Notes: a model not told the origin generated them from the letters alone. Positions 17,522 through 27,845 are shown, counted from the first letter of the stretch. The stretch is 42,951 nt of DNA from a bacterium BMS3Abin15 (GCA_002923195.1 BDTH01000076.1:1-42951), one strand, 5' to 3'. Program-made: numbers and translations.

Positions 17522-18154
17522 ATGGCACGTAATTTAGATTCAAAATGTAAAAAATGCCGAAGAGCTGGAGAAAAGCTCTTTCTTAAAGGTGATCGTTGTG
17601 ATTCTTCTAAGTGCGCTATGGTGAGAAAGCCATACCCACCAGGAATGCATGGCAAGAGTTTTTCCCGAGGCCTCAGCGAATACGGAAAACAGTTGGCAAT
17701 GAAACAGAAAATAAAAAGAATTTATGGAATTATGGAGCGGCAATTCAGAAAGCATTTTAAAGAAGTTAAAAGAAAAACAGGTGTTATTGGGGATCTTCTG
17801 ATGGCACGTTTAGAGATGCGCTTAGATAATGTGGTTTATCGACTTGGCATTGCTGTTTCTAGAACTCTAGCACGTCAGCTTGTGAGTCACGGGTATATTA
17901 AAGTAAATGGGAAAATAACCAATATTCCGTCCTACGAAGTTAAAATAGGCGATACTATTTCTATTAATGAATTAAAAAAAGAAAAAAATTATTTAAAAAA
18001 TCAACTTCAAGTCCTGAACAGCAAAAAGAATTTTCCAAAATGGATTGAATTTGATGCGTCTAAGCTAGAGGGGAAGATTAAAGCAATGCCAAAAAGAGAA
18101 GATATTGATGCCAATGTTGATCCTCAAGTAGTTGTAGAGTATTACTCTAGATAA
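17522..18154 (+). CDS. rpsD: 30S ribosomal protein S4 (Cys-containing type)
   Basis: CKKCRR..KLFLKG.RC...KC, LEMRLDNVVYRLG, VVEYYSR. Confidence 0.98.
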   Translation: MARNLDSKCKKCRRAGEKLFLKGDRCDSSKCAMVRKPYPPGMHGKSFSRGLSEYGKQLAMKQKIKRIYGIMERQFRKHFKEVKRKTGVIGDLLMARLEMRLDNVVYRLGIAVSRTLARQLVSHGYIKVNGKITNIPSYEVKIGDTISINELKKEKNYLKNQLQVLNSKKNFPKWIEFDASKLEGKIKAMPKREDIDANVDPQVVVEYYSR

Positions 18155-18202
18155 TAAAAATTTAAATTGTTTTATAGTGTTAATAATTATTAATATAAAA
18201 AA

Positions 18203-19186
18203 ATGACAACAATATCACTCCCCCAAAATCCAAAGTATACCGAAATTGACAAGAACAGCGGAAAATTTGAAATCCAGGGATGTTATCCTGGTTATGGAGC
18301 AACTATTGGAAATGCTCTTCGTCGAGTCTTACTTTCGTCATTAGAAGGGGCGGCCATAACCTCCATTAAAATTAAAGGGGTATCACATGAATTCTCTACC
18401 GTTCCTGGAATAATAGAGGATGTTATCCAAATTATTTTGAATATGAAGAAAATTCGTTTTAAAATGCATGGCGATAATTCAGTCAAGGTGACTCTGAAAT
18501 CCAAGAGTGAAGGGAAAATTACAGCCAAGGACATAAAGTGTCCCTCCGATGTTGAGGTAGTTAATGTTGATCAGATTATTGCTACCGTGAATGATAAAAA
18601 AACTGAAGTGGAGATGGAAATGGATATTTCCAATGGACTTGGATATATACCCGTAGAGCAACAGGAGAAGGAAAATAAGGAAATAGGCGTTATGGCGATT
18701 GATGCGATACACACTCCTGTAAAAAGAGTAAATTATAGTGTAGAAAATATGCGCGTGGGAAAAAGAACTGATTATGACAAGGTTACGTTGGAGGTAGTAA
18801 CTGATGGCAGCATTTCCCCACAGGACGCATTTGTTAAAGCAAGCCAGATTTTAGTAGACCAATTTTCTTCACTTCTTAAGATAGCATCCGAAAAAGAAAG
18901 TGAAAAAAAGGAGGCAAAAAAGGAGCCATTTTTGAAAACAGAAGAAATTAAAAAAGAAGAAGGAGATATTGAGATTGATGCACAAGAAACCGAAGTTACA
19001 GAACTTAAAAATCTATCCACCAGAACATTAAATGTTCTTGAGTCTAACAATATCAAAAAGGTTAAAGATATAACCCAATTAACAGAAGAAGAAATAAAGA
19101 ATCTTGAAGGCATGGGAGATAAGGGAATAAAAGAAATTAGAAAAACTATTGGGGATTTTGGATTAACACTTAAAAGTCACGAATAA
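18203..19186 (+). CDS. rpoA: RNA polymerase alpha subunit
   Basis: GYGATIGNALRRVLLSSLEG, HEFSTVPG, alpha-CTD LSTRTLNVL. Confidence 0.98.
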   Translation: MTTISLPQNPKYTEIDKNSGKFEIQGCYPGYGATIGNALRRVLLSSLEGAAITSIKIKGVSHEFSTVPGIIEDVIQIILNMKKIRFKMHGDNSVKVTLKSKSEGKITAKDIKCPSDVEVVNVDQIIATVNDKKTEVEMEMDISNGLGYIPVEQQEKENKEIGVMAIDAIHTPVKRVNYSVENMRVGKRTDYDKVTLEVVTDGSISPQDAFVKASQILVDQFSSLLKIASEKESEKKEAKKEPFLKTEEIKKEEGDIEIDAQETEVTELKNLSTRTLNVLESNNIKKVKDITQLTEEEIKNLEGMGDKGIKEIRKTIGDFGLTLKSHE

Positions 19187-19284
19187 TCACGAATTTTGAT
19201 GAAAAAGGTAAACTTTTTCATCTCGCTAATCAACGCGAATAATTCGGGATAGTTGGAGACAGATTCGAGTAGATTAGCGATTTA
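19175..19284 (+). repeat. GxxExxY-type palindromic element without gene, with nested hairpin 19198-19222
   Basis: CACGAAT-AATCACGAAT..CAACGCGAAT / ATTCGGGATA-GTTGGAGACAG-ATTCGAGTAG-ATTAGCG-ATTTA; last 16 nt 15/16 identical to the GxxExxY right arm; contains the rpoA stop. Confidence 0.75.
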
Positions 19285-19291
19285 TATCATT

Positions 19292-19657
19292 ATGAAGCAC
19301 AGAAAAACAGGTCGAAAATTAAGCAGAGTTAAGAGACAGCGAGAAGCGCTTATGAAAACGCTTCTGGGGAGTTTGATTATGTCCGAAAAAATTATTACTA
19401 CTGAAGCTAAAGCTAAAGAAGCAAAGTTATTAATTGATAAGATAATTAACAAAGCTAAAAAATCAAAAGCTGACAGCAAATTAAAAGTTTCAACAGTAAG
19501 AGGGTTAAAGAATAAGATTCCATCAGGGGCTGTTGATAAGCTCAGGGGTGATTTTCTGAATAAATTTAACAAAAGAAAAAGTGGCTACACAAGAGTTGTT
19601 AAGTTGCCTCCTAGAAAAAGCGACAGTGCCAAAATAGCAGTAATTGAATTTGTATAA
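19292..19657 (+). CDS. rplQ: 50S ribosomal protein L17
   Basis: MKHRKTGRKLSR..., IITTEAKAKE, GYTRVVK...RKSDSA; start set to ATG 19292. Confidence 0.96.
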   Translation: MKHRKTGRKLSRVKRQREALMKTLLGSLIMSEKIITTEAKAKEAKLLIDKIINKAKKSKADSKLKVSTVRGLKNKIPSGAVDKLRGDFLNKFNKRKSGYTRVVKLPPRKSDSAKIAVIEFV

Positions 19658-19661
19658 GCAT

Positions 19662-20051
19662 ATGAATAGAAAATATCACTCATTTAATGTTCGAGGGAAG
19701 ATTTTAGGCAGGATAGCAGTTGATATTGCTAAAGTTCTTAGCGGTAAGGGAAAAATTGATTTTTCGCCTCATATTGATGCTGGTGATTTTGCTGTAGTGA
19801 CTGATTCTGATGAAATTGCGGTAACGGGGAATAAGAGGGAAGGGAAAATGTATCACAGATTTAGCGGATATCCCGGGGGGATAACTTCAATTTCTCTTGG
19901 GGACCAAATTGAAAAAGATTCAAGAAAAGTCATAGAGAAGGCTGTATTCGGAATGCTTCCAAAAAACAGATTGAGAGGAAAGATGATGAAAAGACTTTTT
20001 ATTTACAAGAAGGATGATAAGCATAGTCACAAAGTTGACATTAAGCATTAA
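19662..20051 (+). CDS. rplM: 50S ribosomal protein L13
   Basis: ILGRIA...L.GK.K..FSPHIDAGDF, SGYPGG, AVFGMLPKN; start set to ATG 19662. Confidence 0.96.
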   Translation: MNRKYHSFNVRGKILGRIAVDIAKVLSGKGKIDFSPHIDAGDFAVVTDSDEIAVTGNKREGKMYHRFSGYPGGITSISLGDQIEKDSRKVIEKAVFGMLPKNRLRGKMMKRLFIYKKDDKHSHKVDIKH

Positions 20052-20060
20052 TATTTTTAT

Positions 20061-20555
20061 ATGGCGGTAAAGAAATCTCAAGAAAAAACCCCCGCAAATA
20101 CTGAAGTTAAACCGAGCAAGGAAGAAAATAAGGAGAAGAAGAGTGTTGCCAAGAAAGACAAGTATTTTTATGCTGTAGGCAGAAGGAAAACAGCAGTTGC
20201 TCAAATTTTTCTGTACACAGGAGCAGGGCTTAAGAAAGATGGTTCAGTTGTGAATAATATGAGTGTAGAGAATTATTTTCCTACTTCAACAGAGCAAAGT
20301 ATATTTTTTGCTCCTGTTAAAGCTGTAGGATTGGAAGATAAATCGAGAGTTTCTGTTTTAGTTAGAGGCGGAGGAAAAAAAGGTCAAGTGGAAGCAGCTC
20401 GTCTTGGAATAGCTAGAGCCCTGGTTAAATTTGATGGGAATTTAAAAAAAACCCTCAAGGGTTTTGGTTTCTTAACTCGCGATGCGAGAAAGGTTGAGCG
20501 TAAGAAACCAGGTCTTAAGAAAGCTAGACGTGCTCCGCAATGGAAGAAGCGTTAG
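20061..20555 (+). CDS. rpsI: 30S ribosomal protein S9
   Basis: GRRKTAVA, GGGKKGQ, LTRDARKVERKKPGLKKARRAPQWKKR. Confidence 0.98.
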   Translation: MAVKKSQEKTPANTEVKPSKEENKEKKSVAKKDKYFYAVGRRKTAVAQIFLYTGAGLKKDGSVVNNMSVENYFPTSTEQSIFFAPVKAVGLEDKSRVSVLVRGGGKKGQVEAARLGIARALVKFDGNLKKTLKGFGFLTRDARKVERKKPGLKKARRAPQWKKR

Positions 20556-20581
20556 GATTTGTATATATTTTTAGATATTTT

Positions 20582-20608
20582 AAAACCCGACATATTGTCG
20601 GGTTTTTT
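20582..20608. terminator. Bidirectional intrinsic terminator between rpsI and the PEGA gene
   Basis: AAAACCCGACA-TAT-TGTCGGGTTTTTT between convergent genes. Confidence 0.85.
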
Positions 20609-20622
20609 GATGAACACTTCTT

Positions 20623-22089
20623 TTAATTACCTAATCCCAGAATCCCGGTTTTTTCTGGGAAATTAATGGAATATAAACTTGATTGTCCCTCGTTGGTGTC
20701 TGTAAAATATATTTTGCTTTCAAAGAAATCAGTTATAACATTGGAATTATTAGTGTTGAGTGTTGTAATGTTCGTTAGGTTTCTATTGTCTCGATGGTCA
20801 AGTTCAACGATTTTTAATTCTTTTCCTACAGTAAAAATTACATGCTCGTAGTCTTTTGACCACTGGACATTATTAATTTTTTCAGAGAAGCGGGTTATGT
20901 ATTTTATGTCATTTTCCTGACGTTGTGGCTGGACGTCCCATTCCCTAGTGAAATAAACATTAATTTCATTATTGGTCCAGTATAAAATCTTTTTTCCGTC
21001 GTTAGAAAAATGTATATTGGAAGCATCTTGAGATAATTCGCTGAAATATTTTTCCTTTTCCCCGTCATTGTAAATATATAATTTACCGATTTTATTGAGA
21101 ATTGCCAGTCTCTTTTCATCGAAAACGATAATTCGATAAGAAACATCACTCATGTCATTGGGGGGAGAAGTGGTAACCTGTGAAATTATTTTGTTATTCT
21201 CCGGATTAATTCTGTAAACTATGCCGCTAGGCAATTGAAAATAATATATGTCGCGTGAGGAAATATCGTAACCAGATATGTTTTCCGCAATAATATTTTT
21301 TTCGGAATCACTAAGACTCATCCTGTATAGATTATTTTCTGAAATGTAATATATCGAATCCTTGCGCACAGAATCCCAGCGAACATTTTTCAATTCATCA
21401 GACTTAGTTATATTCTCAAGATTTATTATCTCTTTTTTCTTTATGTCAGCTATAAAATAATTTTTTCTTTCCCCATTAAAAGTAGGAATAATTAATTTAT
21501 GAGATTGGGGAGACCACTCAATATTCTCTTTTTCTTTTTCAAAGTCTTCCTTATTGAATCTATAGTCAGTCGAAGAAAACACTATTTCTATTTCTTCCGA
21601 ATCTAGGTCTAATATTTTTACGGAAAAATTTTGATCTTCATTTTGAGTATAAGCAACAAGCTTTCTGTCGGGAGACATAAAGAATTTTTCCATACCTGAA
21701 GTATTATAATTTTTTTTAGCGTATTCTTTTCTAGTCAAAAGAACATTCCAGAACTCAGTAGAAATTCCACTGTGGATAGTTATTTTTTTTGACCAATCAT
21801 TGTAATCAGACAACTTTAATTCTAGCAGATACTCTCCTGGCCTAATCCCGTCGATATGATAAGAATTATTTATCGGATTTAATTTTTTACTGGAGACTTG
21901 TTTTCCGTCAAGAAAGACACCTACTTTCTGGGGGTTAGGTTTTATGGTGATCGATCCAGAGTAAATAAAAATACCCCTTTCGAAACTAAATCGATATCCA
22001 CGGGCATAAAAAATAACCACAGGGGTGGTGGCGATAAAAAGCAACACTAGGATCCAAAAGAATATTCGTCTGAATTTTTTACTAGCCAT
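20623..22089 (-). CDS. Membrane-anchored PEGA-domain protein with TolB/WD40-like beta-propeller
   Basis: N-terminal TM + YARGYRF; PEGA-like GSITIKPNP..VFLDG..PGEYLLEL...Y..WSK; SPD/WSP/FSNDGKKI propeller motifs. Confidence 0.75.
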   Translation of the reverse strand: MASKKFRRIFFWILVLLFIATTPVVIFYARGYRFSFERGIFIYSGSITIKPNPQKVGVFLDGKQVSSKKLNPINNSYHIDGIRPGEYLLELKLSDYNDWSKKITIHSGISTEFWNVLLTRKEYAKKNYNTSGMEKFFMSPDRKLVAYTQNEDQNFSVKILDLDSEEIEIVFSSTDYRFNKEDFEKEKENIEWSPQSHKLIIPTFNGERKNYFIADIKKKEIINLENITKSDELKNVRWDSVRKDSIYYISENNLYRMSLSDSEKNIIAENISGYDISSRDIYYFQLPSGIVYRINPENNKIISQVTTSPPNDMSDVSYRIIVFDEKRLAILNKIGKLYIYNDGEKEKYFSELSQDASNIHFSNDGKKILYWTNNEINVYFTREWDVQPQRQENDIKYITRFSEKINNVQWSKDYEHVIFTVGKELKIVELDHRDNRNLTNITTLNTNNSNVITDFFESKIYFTDTNEGQSSLYSINFPEKTGILGLGN

Positions 22090-22185
22090 ATTTTCTTGTG
22101 ATCATGATAGCCGAAAATATACACTTTGTCCAATTTTTTATTTTCCAATAAAGTTGTATAATTTAGATAAGTAATTAAAGCATCT

Positions 22186-23793
22186 ATGAGCTTCAGCTTC
22201 TATTCCGTTTTTCCATTTTTAGCATCACTAGTGATGGTATTTCTTAGTGTTTTTGTTTTTCTTAAAAAGAGAAAATCCCATGTCAATCAGGGACTCAGTT
22301 TTTTCGCTTTCGTTAGCTTTATATGGTTGTCCCAATATGCTATTTCATATTCAACAAGCTCTGAGGGAATGGCACTTCTTTGGTTAAAAATAGGATATAT
22401 CGGTGTAATACTATTCCCACCTGCATTTTCACTTTTTATTTATGCGTTTCTAAAGGTAACTCATTATAAAAAAATAATTTACTTTTATTTTGCGTTAAGC
22501 TCTATATTTATTTACTTACTCTGGGCTACTAATTATTTTATAAACGGCACACATAAGTATTTTTGGGGATATTATCCCAAAGCTGGCCCCTTGCATCCGT
22601 TCTTTTTAACCTTTTTCGTTGCCACGGTATCTATTTGTTTAATACTATTGTTTACAAGTTGGATAAAAGCAAAAAAGAAAAAATCATTACATACACACAG
22701 AATACTTTATTTATTTTTGGGATATACAATTTATGTTATAGGCGCCGTGGACTTCGTTCCTAATTACGGAATAGAGATTTATCCGTTTGGCTGGATATTT
22801 GCGATTTTTTTTGTATCCATTATTACTTATGCCATCCTTAAGTACCAGCTAATGGACATAAGGGTGGTAATAAAAAGAGCTTTCTTTTATTCAATAGGAA
22901 TAGCTTTAGTTAGCGGAACAATAGTGGGCATAAGCTTTCTGGGCAGTTGGTTTACAAGAAACATCCCCGGTTTCCAATTCTGGATAGTACCGGCAGTTGC
23001 TGGATTCTTCGCTTTTATGGTGGGTAACATTTTCTGGCAAAAATCCAAGGAAGTAGAAAAAGCCTACGAAATAGAAAAACAAGCCCATGAAGAGCTGAGG
23101 CGTTTAAGCAAGGCCAAGGACGAATTCACTTTAGTCACCCAGCACCACTTGCGGACACCCTTGAGCATCGTTAAGGGGCATTTATCTAATATTTTAGAGA
23201 GTGATAAGACACTCAGCGATAGTACTAGGGATAGTCTGAATAAAACTATTAATTCCACCAACCGACTCACCAACCTCGTTGACGAACTGATTGACATAAC
23301 CCAAATGGAAGTAGGTAAGGAGGTTTTCGATATTAATCCTGTCGATATTAAGGAAGTGATTAATAGCATAGCAATTGAACTAGATACTGAGATTAAAAAG
23401 AAAAAACTGGATATAGAAATTACTCCTCAAAACAGCTGGCCTCAAATACCAGCTGATCTGGCAAAAATAAAGATAGCCTTGTTTAATTTAATAGATAATT
23501 CTATTAAATATACGGAACAAGGGAAGGTAACTATCAAAGGCGAAAAGAAAGGCAATTACTTTCAAATATCTATCAAGGATACTGGAATAGGAATGGATTC
23601 GGAAAGCACCAAGGATATATTCTCTAAATACTTTGAGAGAGGGAATAAGGCTCAAAAACTCTATGCTACTGGCAGGGGCATTGGATTATTTATCGCTGCC
23701 AACATAGTTAAGGCTCATAATGGAAAAATCTATGCCAAAAGTGAAGGGATTAACAAGGGAAGTGAATTTGTGGTAGAGTTAAAAATTAACTAG
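22186..23793 (+). CDS. Multi-TM (HisKA_7TM-like) sensor histidine kinase
   Basis: Long hydrophobic N-half, H-box QHHLRTPL, N-box NLIDNSIKYT, G1 DTGIGM, G2 GRGIGL. Confidence 0.92.
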   Translation: MSFSFYSVFPFLASLVMVFLSVFVFLKKRKSHVNQGLSFFAFVSFIWLSQYAISYSTSSEGMALLWLKIGYIGVILFPPAFSLFIYAFLKVTHYKKIIYFYFALSSIFIYLLWATNYFINGTHKYFWGYYPKAGPLHPFFLTFFVATVSICLILLFTSWIKAKKKKSLHTHRILYLFLGYTIYVIGAVDFVPNYGIEIYPFGWIFAIFFVSIITYAILKYQLMDIRVVIKRAFFYSIGIALVSGTIVGISFLGSWFTRNIPGFQFWIVPAVAGFFAFMVGNIFWQKSKEVEKAYEIEKQAHEELRRLSKAKDEFTLVTQHHLRTPLSIVKGHLSNILESDKTLSDSTRDSLNKTINSTNRLTNLVDELIDITQMEVGKEVFDINPVDIKEVINSIAIELDTEIKKKKLDIEITPQNSWPQIPADLAKIKIALFNLIDNSIKYTEQGKVTIKGEKKGNYFQISIKDTGIGMDSESTKDIFSKYFERGNKAQKLYATGRGIGLFIAANIVKAHNGKIYAKSEGINKGSEFVVELKIN

Positions 23794-23879
23794 ATGTATG
23801 TAAAAAAAATAAAGCATGACATTTTGTTATTTTTTAAAAATAATGTAAAATTAAGACGTTAAGTATTAAAATAAAAAAA

Positions 23880-25043
23880 ATGAAATATTTTCAGAAACAA
23901 AAAAATAACCTATCAGGCGCAACATGGATTTGGGCGGTTGTAATTGTTTTTTTAGTTGTGATACTGGTAGTAACCGTCGGAGCATTTTTCAAGAGGACAA
24001 CTAGCCTAAATACGGAAAAATCAAAACAAGAAGAATCTTCACGAACATCGCAGCAAATTTCTTATATTCGATCAGTTAAGGATAACGAAGAAATGTCATT
24101 GCTGGGAGCCCATGAATTTGCCATCAGGGACAATTATTTGTATGTGACCACCGTTAGAGATCATGGCTTGGAGATTATGGATATAACCAACCCGGCCAAC
24201 CCTAAGCATATTGGAGCATTTTTTGACAATGACGAAACTCTGATGAGAAAAATTCATAGCGTGGCTCTTTATAGTAATTATGCATTTCTAGGAAGTATGG
24301 AGGATAATGCCATACAAGTTCTTGATATTTCAAATCCCAAAAATATATTGCCCGTGAAGTCGCTTAAGCTAAATTTCAAAGGCATTCACGGAATGTCGAT
24401 ACATGGAAGCTATCTCTATATTGCCTATTCTTCTGATGATACGGTTGAAATAATTGATATTTCTGATCCGACGAATCCGAAGGTCGCTGTTACATTATCC
24501 GATAATGATCAGATGTCCCTAGGAGCTCCGCATGAGTTTTTATTTGTGGGTAGTTATGCTTATGTTATTTCCGGAACTGAAGGTATGGAGATACTGGATA
24601 TTTCCGATCCGACTAACCCAAAACATGTAGCGGCAGTAAAGGATAATGATAAAGTCGCGCTTAGCGGGGGACATGGCATGGATGTCGCGGGGAATTATAT
24701 TTATACCGCTAGTTATGTTGACGGTTTTGCAATTTTTGATATTACGAATCCACAAAACCCCGTCCAAGTAGCAAAGATAGATCCAACTGAAAATAATGGC
24801 CTTATATCAGCTGCAGATGTGGATGTTTCAGGCAAGTATGCGTTCGTTGTTTCTGAGGTGGGTAATGCCGTCGTTATGATTGATGTTTCTAATCCTGCAA
24901 ATCCAATTATTAAAGATATGATTAGGGATGATGGTTCTGGAGATATGTTTCTTTGGAATGGACATTACGTGGAAACCTACAATAATTATATTTATGTAGC
25001 TGGATTACAGGATGGATTCGGGATTGTAAAGATCTTGGAGTAA
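23880..25043 (+). CDS. Membrane-anchored LVIVD-repeat beta-propeller protein
   Basis: N-terminal TM, then seven repeats of Y-x-Y-V...G-L-E-I-x-D-I-S/T-N/D-P-x-N-P. Confidence 0.85.
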   Translation: MKYFQKQKNNLSGATWIWAVVIVFLVVILVVTVGAFFKRTTSLNTEKSKQEESSRTSQQISYIRSVKDNEEMSLLGAHEFAIRDNYLYVTTVRDHGLEIMDITNPANPKHIGAFFDNDETLMRKIHSVALYSNYAFLGSMEDNAIQVLDISNPKNILPVKSLKLNFKGIHGMSIHGSYLYIAYSSDDTVEIIDISDPTNPKVAVTLSDNDQMSLGAPHEFLFVGSYAYVISGTEGMEILDISDPTNPKHVAAVKDNDKVALSGGHGMDVAGNYIYTASYVDGFAIFDITNPQNPVQVAKIDPTENNGLISAADVDVSGKYAFVVSEVGNAVVMIDVSNPANPIIKDMIRDDGSGDMFLWNGHYVETYNNYIYVAGLQDGFGIVKILE

Positions 25044-25074
25044 TTAAGTAAAAATTGGAACAATACAATAAGAT

Positions 25075-26526
25075 ATGAAATACTCTGCTTGGCATATAAT
25101 TGCTTTTTTGTTTACCCTGATTGGCATTCTGGCGATACTTTTTGTGGTGGGCATATCCTTTTTCTTCCACCGCTTTAATGTTAATCAGGTGGTGAATGAC
25201 AAAATTACAGACCTGGAACTTATATCTAATACGATAGCCGGACCATCGTGGACGGTAAAAGAGTCTTATCCCGGAACTATAGAAAATACGTTTAGGGGAG
25301 TGTTGAAGATGCCAGGGGTAAAATTTATACGTCTAATTAGTTCCGAAAGCAATATAATTGAAAAAAGTGGCAACATAGATGAGGTAAATAATGTGAATAT
25401 TGATAACCTGCCATTGTTCAGTAGAGACGTTTCTGTCCGTGATGGGACGCTTGATGGAGAATTAATTAAGGAATTCAGCATAAAAACGAGAGATGGGAGT
25501 GATTTGTGGATGGGAGTTTCCTTAATAAATGTAAAGAAAAATATTTTATTTTCCGCAGTTTTGATGGGGATAGTCGCTATGGTGTTAATGACCATAACAA
25601 TCATGGTGGTATTTTTACTGGTTCGCTATGTATTTATGAGTCCGTTAGCAGTATTGATGAGTGCATTCGGAAAATTAAAAAATAGCGATTATGACGTTCA
25701 GTTGGGAAAAGCCAGGATTATTGAGATGCAAGAAGTGTTTGATTCGTTTAATCAGATGGTCGCCAAGGTAAAAGAAGCAGAAGTAAAACTAGCGGAAGAA
25801 CTGAAAAGAGCTAAGGAAATCGACCGCATGAAGTCAGAATTTATCTCCGTTGCCGCCCACCAGCTTCGCACCCCTCTTTCTGCCGTTAAGTGGACAATGA
25901 AAATGCTGATAGACGGAGATATCGGCCATCTGACCCATGAGCAGAGAACTTTTTTGATGCAGGGATACATAAGCAACGAGAGAATAATAAACTTAGTTAA
26001 CGATTTATTAAATGTAGCCAGGATTGAAGAAGGTCGTTTTGGATATAAATTTGCCATGATTCAGATAGAAGATTTGATTGAGAGCATAGTTCTTGACATT
26101 AAGCATAAAGTGAAGGAAAAGGAACTAGATTTCAAATTTGAAAGATCCGGACTTCCGAAACCGCCAAAAATTAAAATAGATCCTTCCAAGATGCGATTAG
26201 TTATACAGAATTTACTGGACAATGCCGTTAAATATACGCCCAAAAAGGGTAAGGTGACAATTTCCGTTAAGTATAGTAAACTGGGAGTAGAAGTGGCTAT
26301 TAAGGATACTGGCATGGGCATTCCTAAAGAACAGCAGAAACAGTTATTTACTAAATTTTTCCGGGGCAATAATGCTGTTAAATCGCAAACAGAGGGAACC
26401 GGCCTGGGACTTTTTATTGTAAAGAATATTGTCGAAAAGCATTATGGAAAAATATGGGCGGAGAGTGAAGAAAACAAAGGTACTACATTCCGCTTTACTA
26501 TTCCATTTCAAGCCGACATAGAATAA
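25075..26526 (+). CDS. Sensor histidine kinase (2 TM, extracellular domain, HAMP, HisKA, HATPase)
   Basis: Two TMs, HAMP-like PL..L...(E)...FNQM, AHQLRTPL, NLLDNAVKYT, DTGMGI, GTGLGL. Confidence 0.93.
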   Translation: MKYSAWHIIAFLFTLIGILAILFVVGISFFFHRFNVNQVVNDKITDLELISNTIAGPSWTVKESYPGTIENTFRGVLKMPGVKFIRLISSESNIIEKSGNIDEVNNVNIDNLPLFSRDVSVRDGTLDGELIKEFSIKTRDGSDLWMGVSLINVKKNILFSAVLMGIVAMVLMTITIMVVFLLVRYVFMSPLAVLMSAFGKLKNSDYDVQLGKARIIEMQEVFDSFNQMVAKVKEAEVKLAEELKRAKEIDRMKSEFISVAAHQLRTPLSAVKWTMKMLIDGDIGHLTHEQRTFLMQGYISNERIINLVNDLLNVARIEEGRFGYKFAMIQIEDLIESIVLDIKHKVKEKELDFKFERSGLPKPPKIKIDPSKMRLVIQNLLDNAVKYTPKKGKVTISVKYSKLGVEVAIKDTGMGIPKEQQKQLFTKFFRGNNAVKSQTEGTGLGLFIVKNIVEKHYGKIWAESEENKGTTFRFTIPFQADIE

Positions 26527-26608
26527 CTAATAATTTTTTGAAAATTTAGCAAACTTAATAAAACTCTAATATTTTATAAATAAAATATTAGAAGTTCCAC
26601 TAAGAAAT

Positions 26609-27400
26609 ATGTCTAAGAAACAAAAAATATTAATCGTCGAAGACGAAAAAATTCTACTGGATGCTATAGCTAAAAAGCTCCAAAAAGAAGATTATGAAAT
26701 CGTCACTGCTTTGGATGGAGAAGAGGGGCTTGAAAAGATAGAGAAAGAAAGGCCTGATCTGATTCTTTTAGACATCTTGATGCCTAAGGTTAATGGCATA
26801 GAAGTTTTGGAGAAGATGCATAATGACGAAGAGCTTTCAAAAATACCTGTGATAATAATTTCCAACTCCGGACAGCCGGTAGAAATAGAGAAAGCGTTAT
26901 CTTTAGGCGTGAGAGATTATTTAGTCAAGGCCGAATTTGATCCTGACGAGGTGCTTAAGAAGGTAAACAACGTTCTTTTGGGAGAAGATAGTGGCTCCGG
27001 AGAATCAGAAAAAGGAAGTAATGCATCGAAAAAGGTGTTGATCATTGAGGATGATCAACTGCTACGCGATTTGTGCAGCCGAAAAATTATCTCAGAAGGC
27101 TTTAATGTGGAGACAGCCATTGATCCTAAGGTAGGATTAGATAAGGTAATAAAATTTAAACCCGATATTATTTTGTTAGATTTAGTTCTTCCAGGAATGA
27201 GCGGCTTTGATGTTCTAAAAGAGATAAAATCTAATTCTGATAAAGAAATAGCAAAAATACCGGTAATAATCCTTTCTAATTTGGGGCAGGAGTCGGATAT
27301 TAAAAAAGGAGAGGAGCTGGGAGCAGAGGATTACCTGATAAAAGCTACGACCACTACCGATGAAATTGTAAAAAAAGTAAAAAAGGTGCTGGGAGCTTAA
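26609..27400 (+). CDS. Response regulator with two tandem receiver domains, no output domain
   Basis: ILIVEDE..PDLILLDILMP..SN..YLVK, then VLIIEDD..PDIILLDLVLP..SN..YLIK. Confidence 0.92.
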   Translation: MSKKQKILIVEDEKILLDAIAKKLQKEDYEIVTALDGEEGLEKIEKERPDLILLDILMPKVNGIEVLEKMHNDEELSKIPVIIISNSGQPVEIEKALSLGVRDYLVKAEFDPDEVLKKVNNVLLGEDSGSGESEKGSNASKKVLIIEDDQLLRDLCSRKIISEGFNVETAIDPKVGLDKVIKFKPDIILLDLVLPGMSGFDVLKEIKSNSDKEIAKIPVIILSNLGQESDIKKGEELGAEDYLIKATTTTDEIVKKVKKVLGA

Positions 27401-27419
27401 ATTAATATAAGGCTATATC

Positions 27420-27845
27420 ATGGATGAAAAACAAAATAAAACCGCGGTTTATTATGTGGAAGACGAGCCCGATTTGGTTGAGCTTTGTAAAATCGCATTT
27501 CAAATAAACGGATTTAATATGCAGAGTGTCGCAACGGGAGAAGGGGCGATGGAAGATGTAAAAAAAATCATAAACAAAGAAATTGATCCTCCCAGCGCAT
27601 TTATTCTTGATATTCTTCTGCCGGGTATCTCTGGAATGGATATTTTAAGGGAAATAAGAAAACATAAAGAACTTAATAGAATTCCGATCGTGCTGTTTAC
27701 CAACTATAGCGATAAAAAAATACGAGATGAAGCGGAAAATACGGAAAATACCGAGTACGTGTTAAAAACAGATGTTATACCAACCCAGCTGGTTAAGATT
27801 GTGTCTAAGAAAATAGAAGAATCCAAAGTAAAGTACAAGAAATAA
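27420..27845 (+). CDS. Single-domain response regulator (receiver only)
   Basis: YVEDE, FILDILLPGISG, FTN, YVLK. Confidence 0.88.
   Translation: MDEKQNKTAVYYVEDEPDLVELCKIAFQINGFNMQSVATGEGAMEDVKKIINKEIDPPSAFILDILLPGISGMDILREIRKHKELNRIPIVLFTNYSDKKIRDEAENTENTEYVLKTDVIPTQLVKIVSKKIEESKVKYKK

Noticed and set aside
19253-19661. Longer N-termini for rplQ (19253) and rplM (19644) given by the ORF track
   Set aside because: The upstream TTG starts fall inside a palindromic element or the previous gene; family N-termini match ATG 19292 and 19662.
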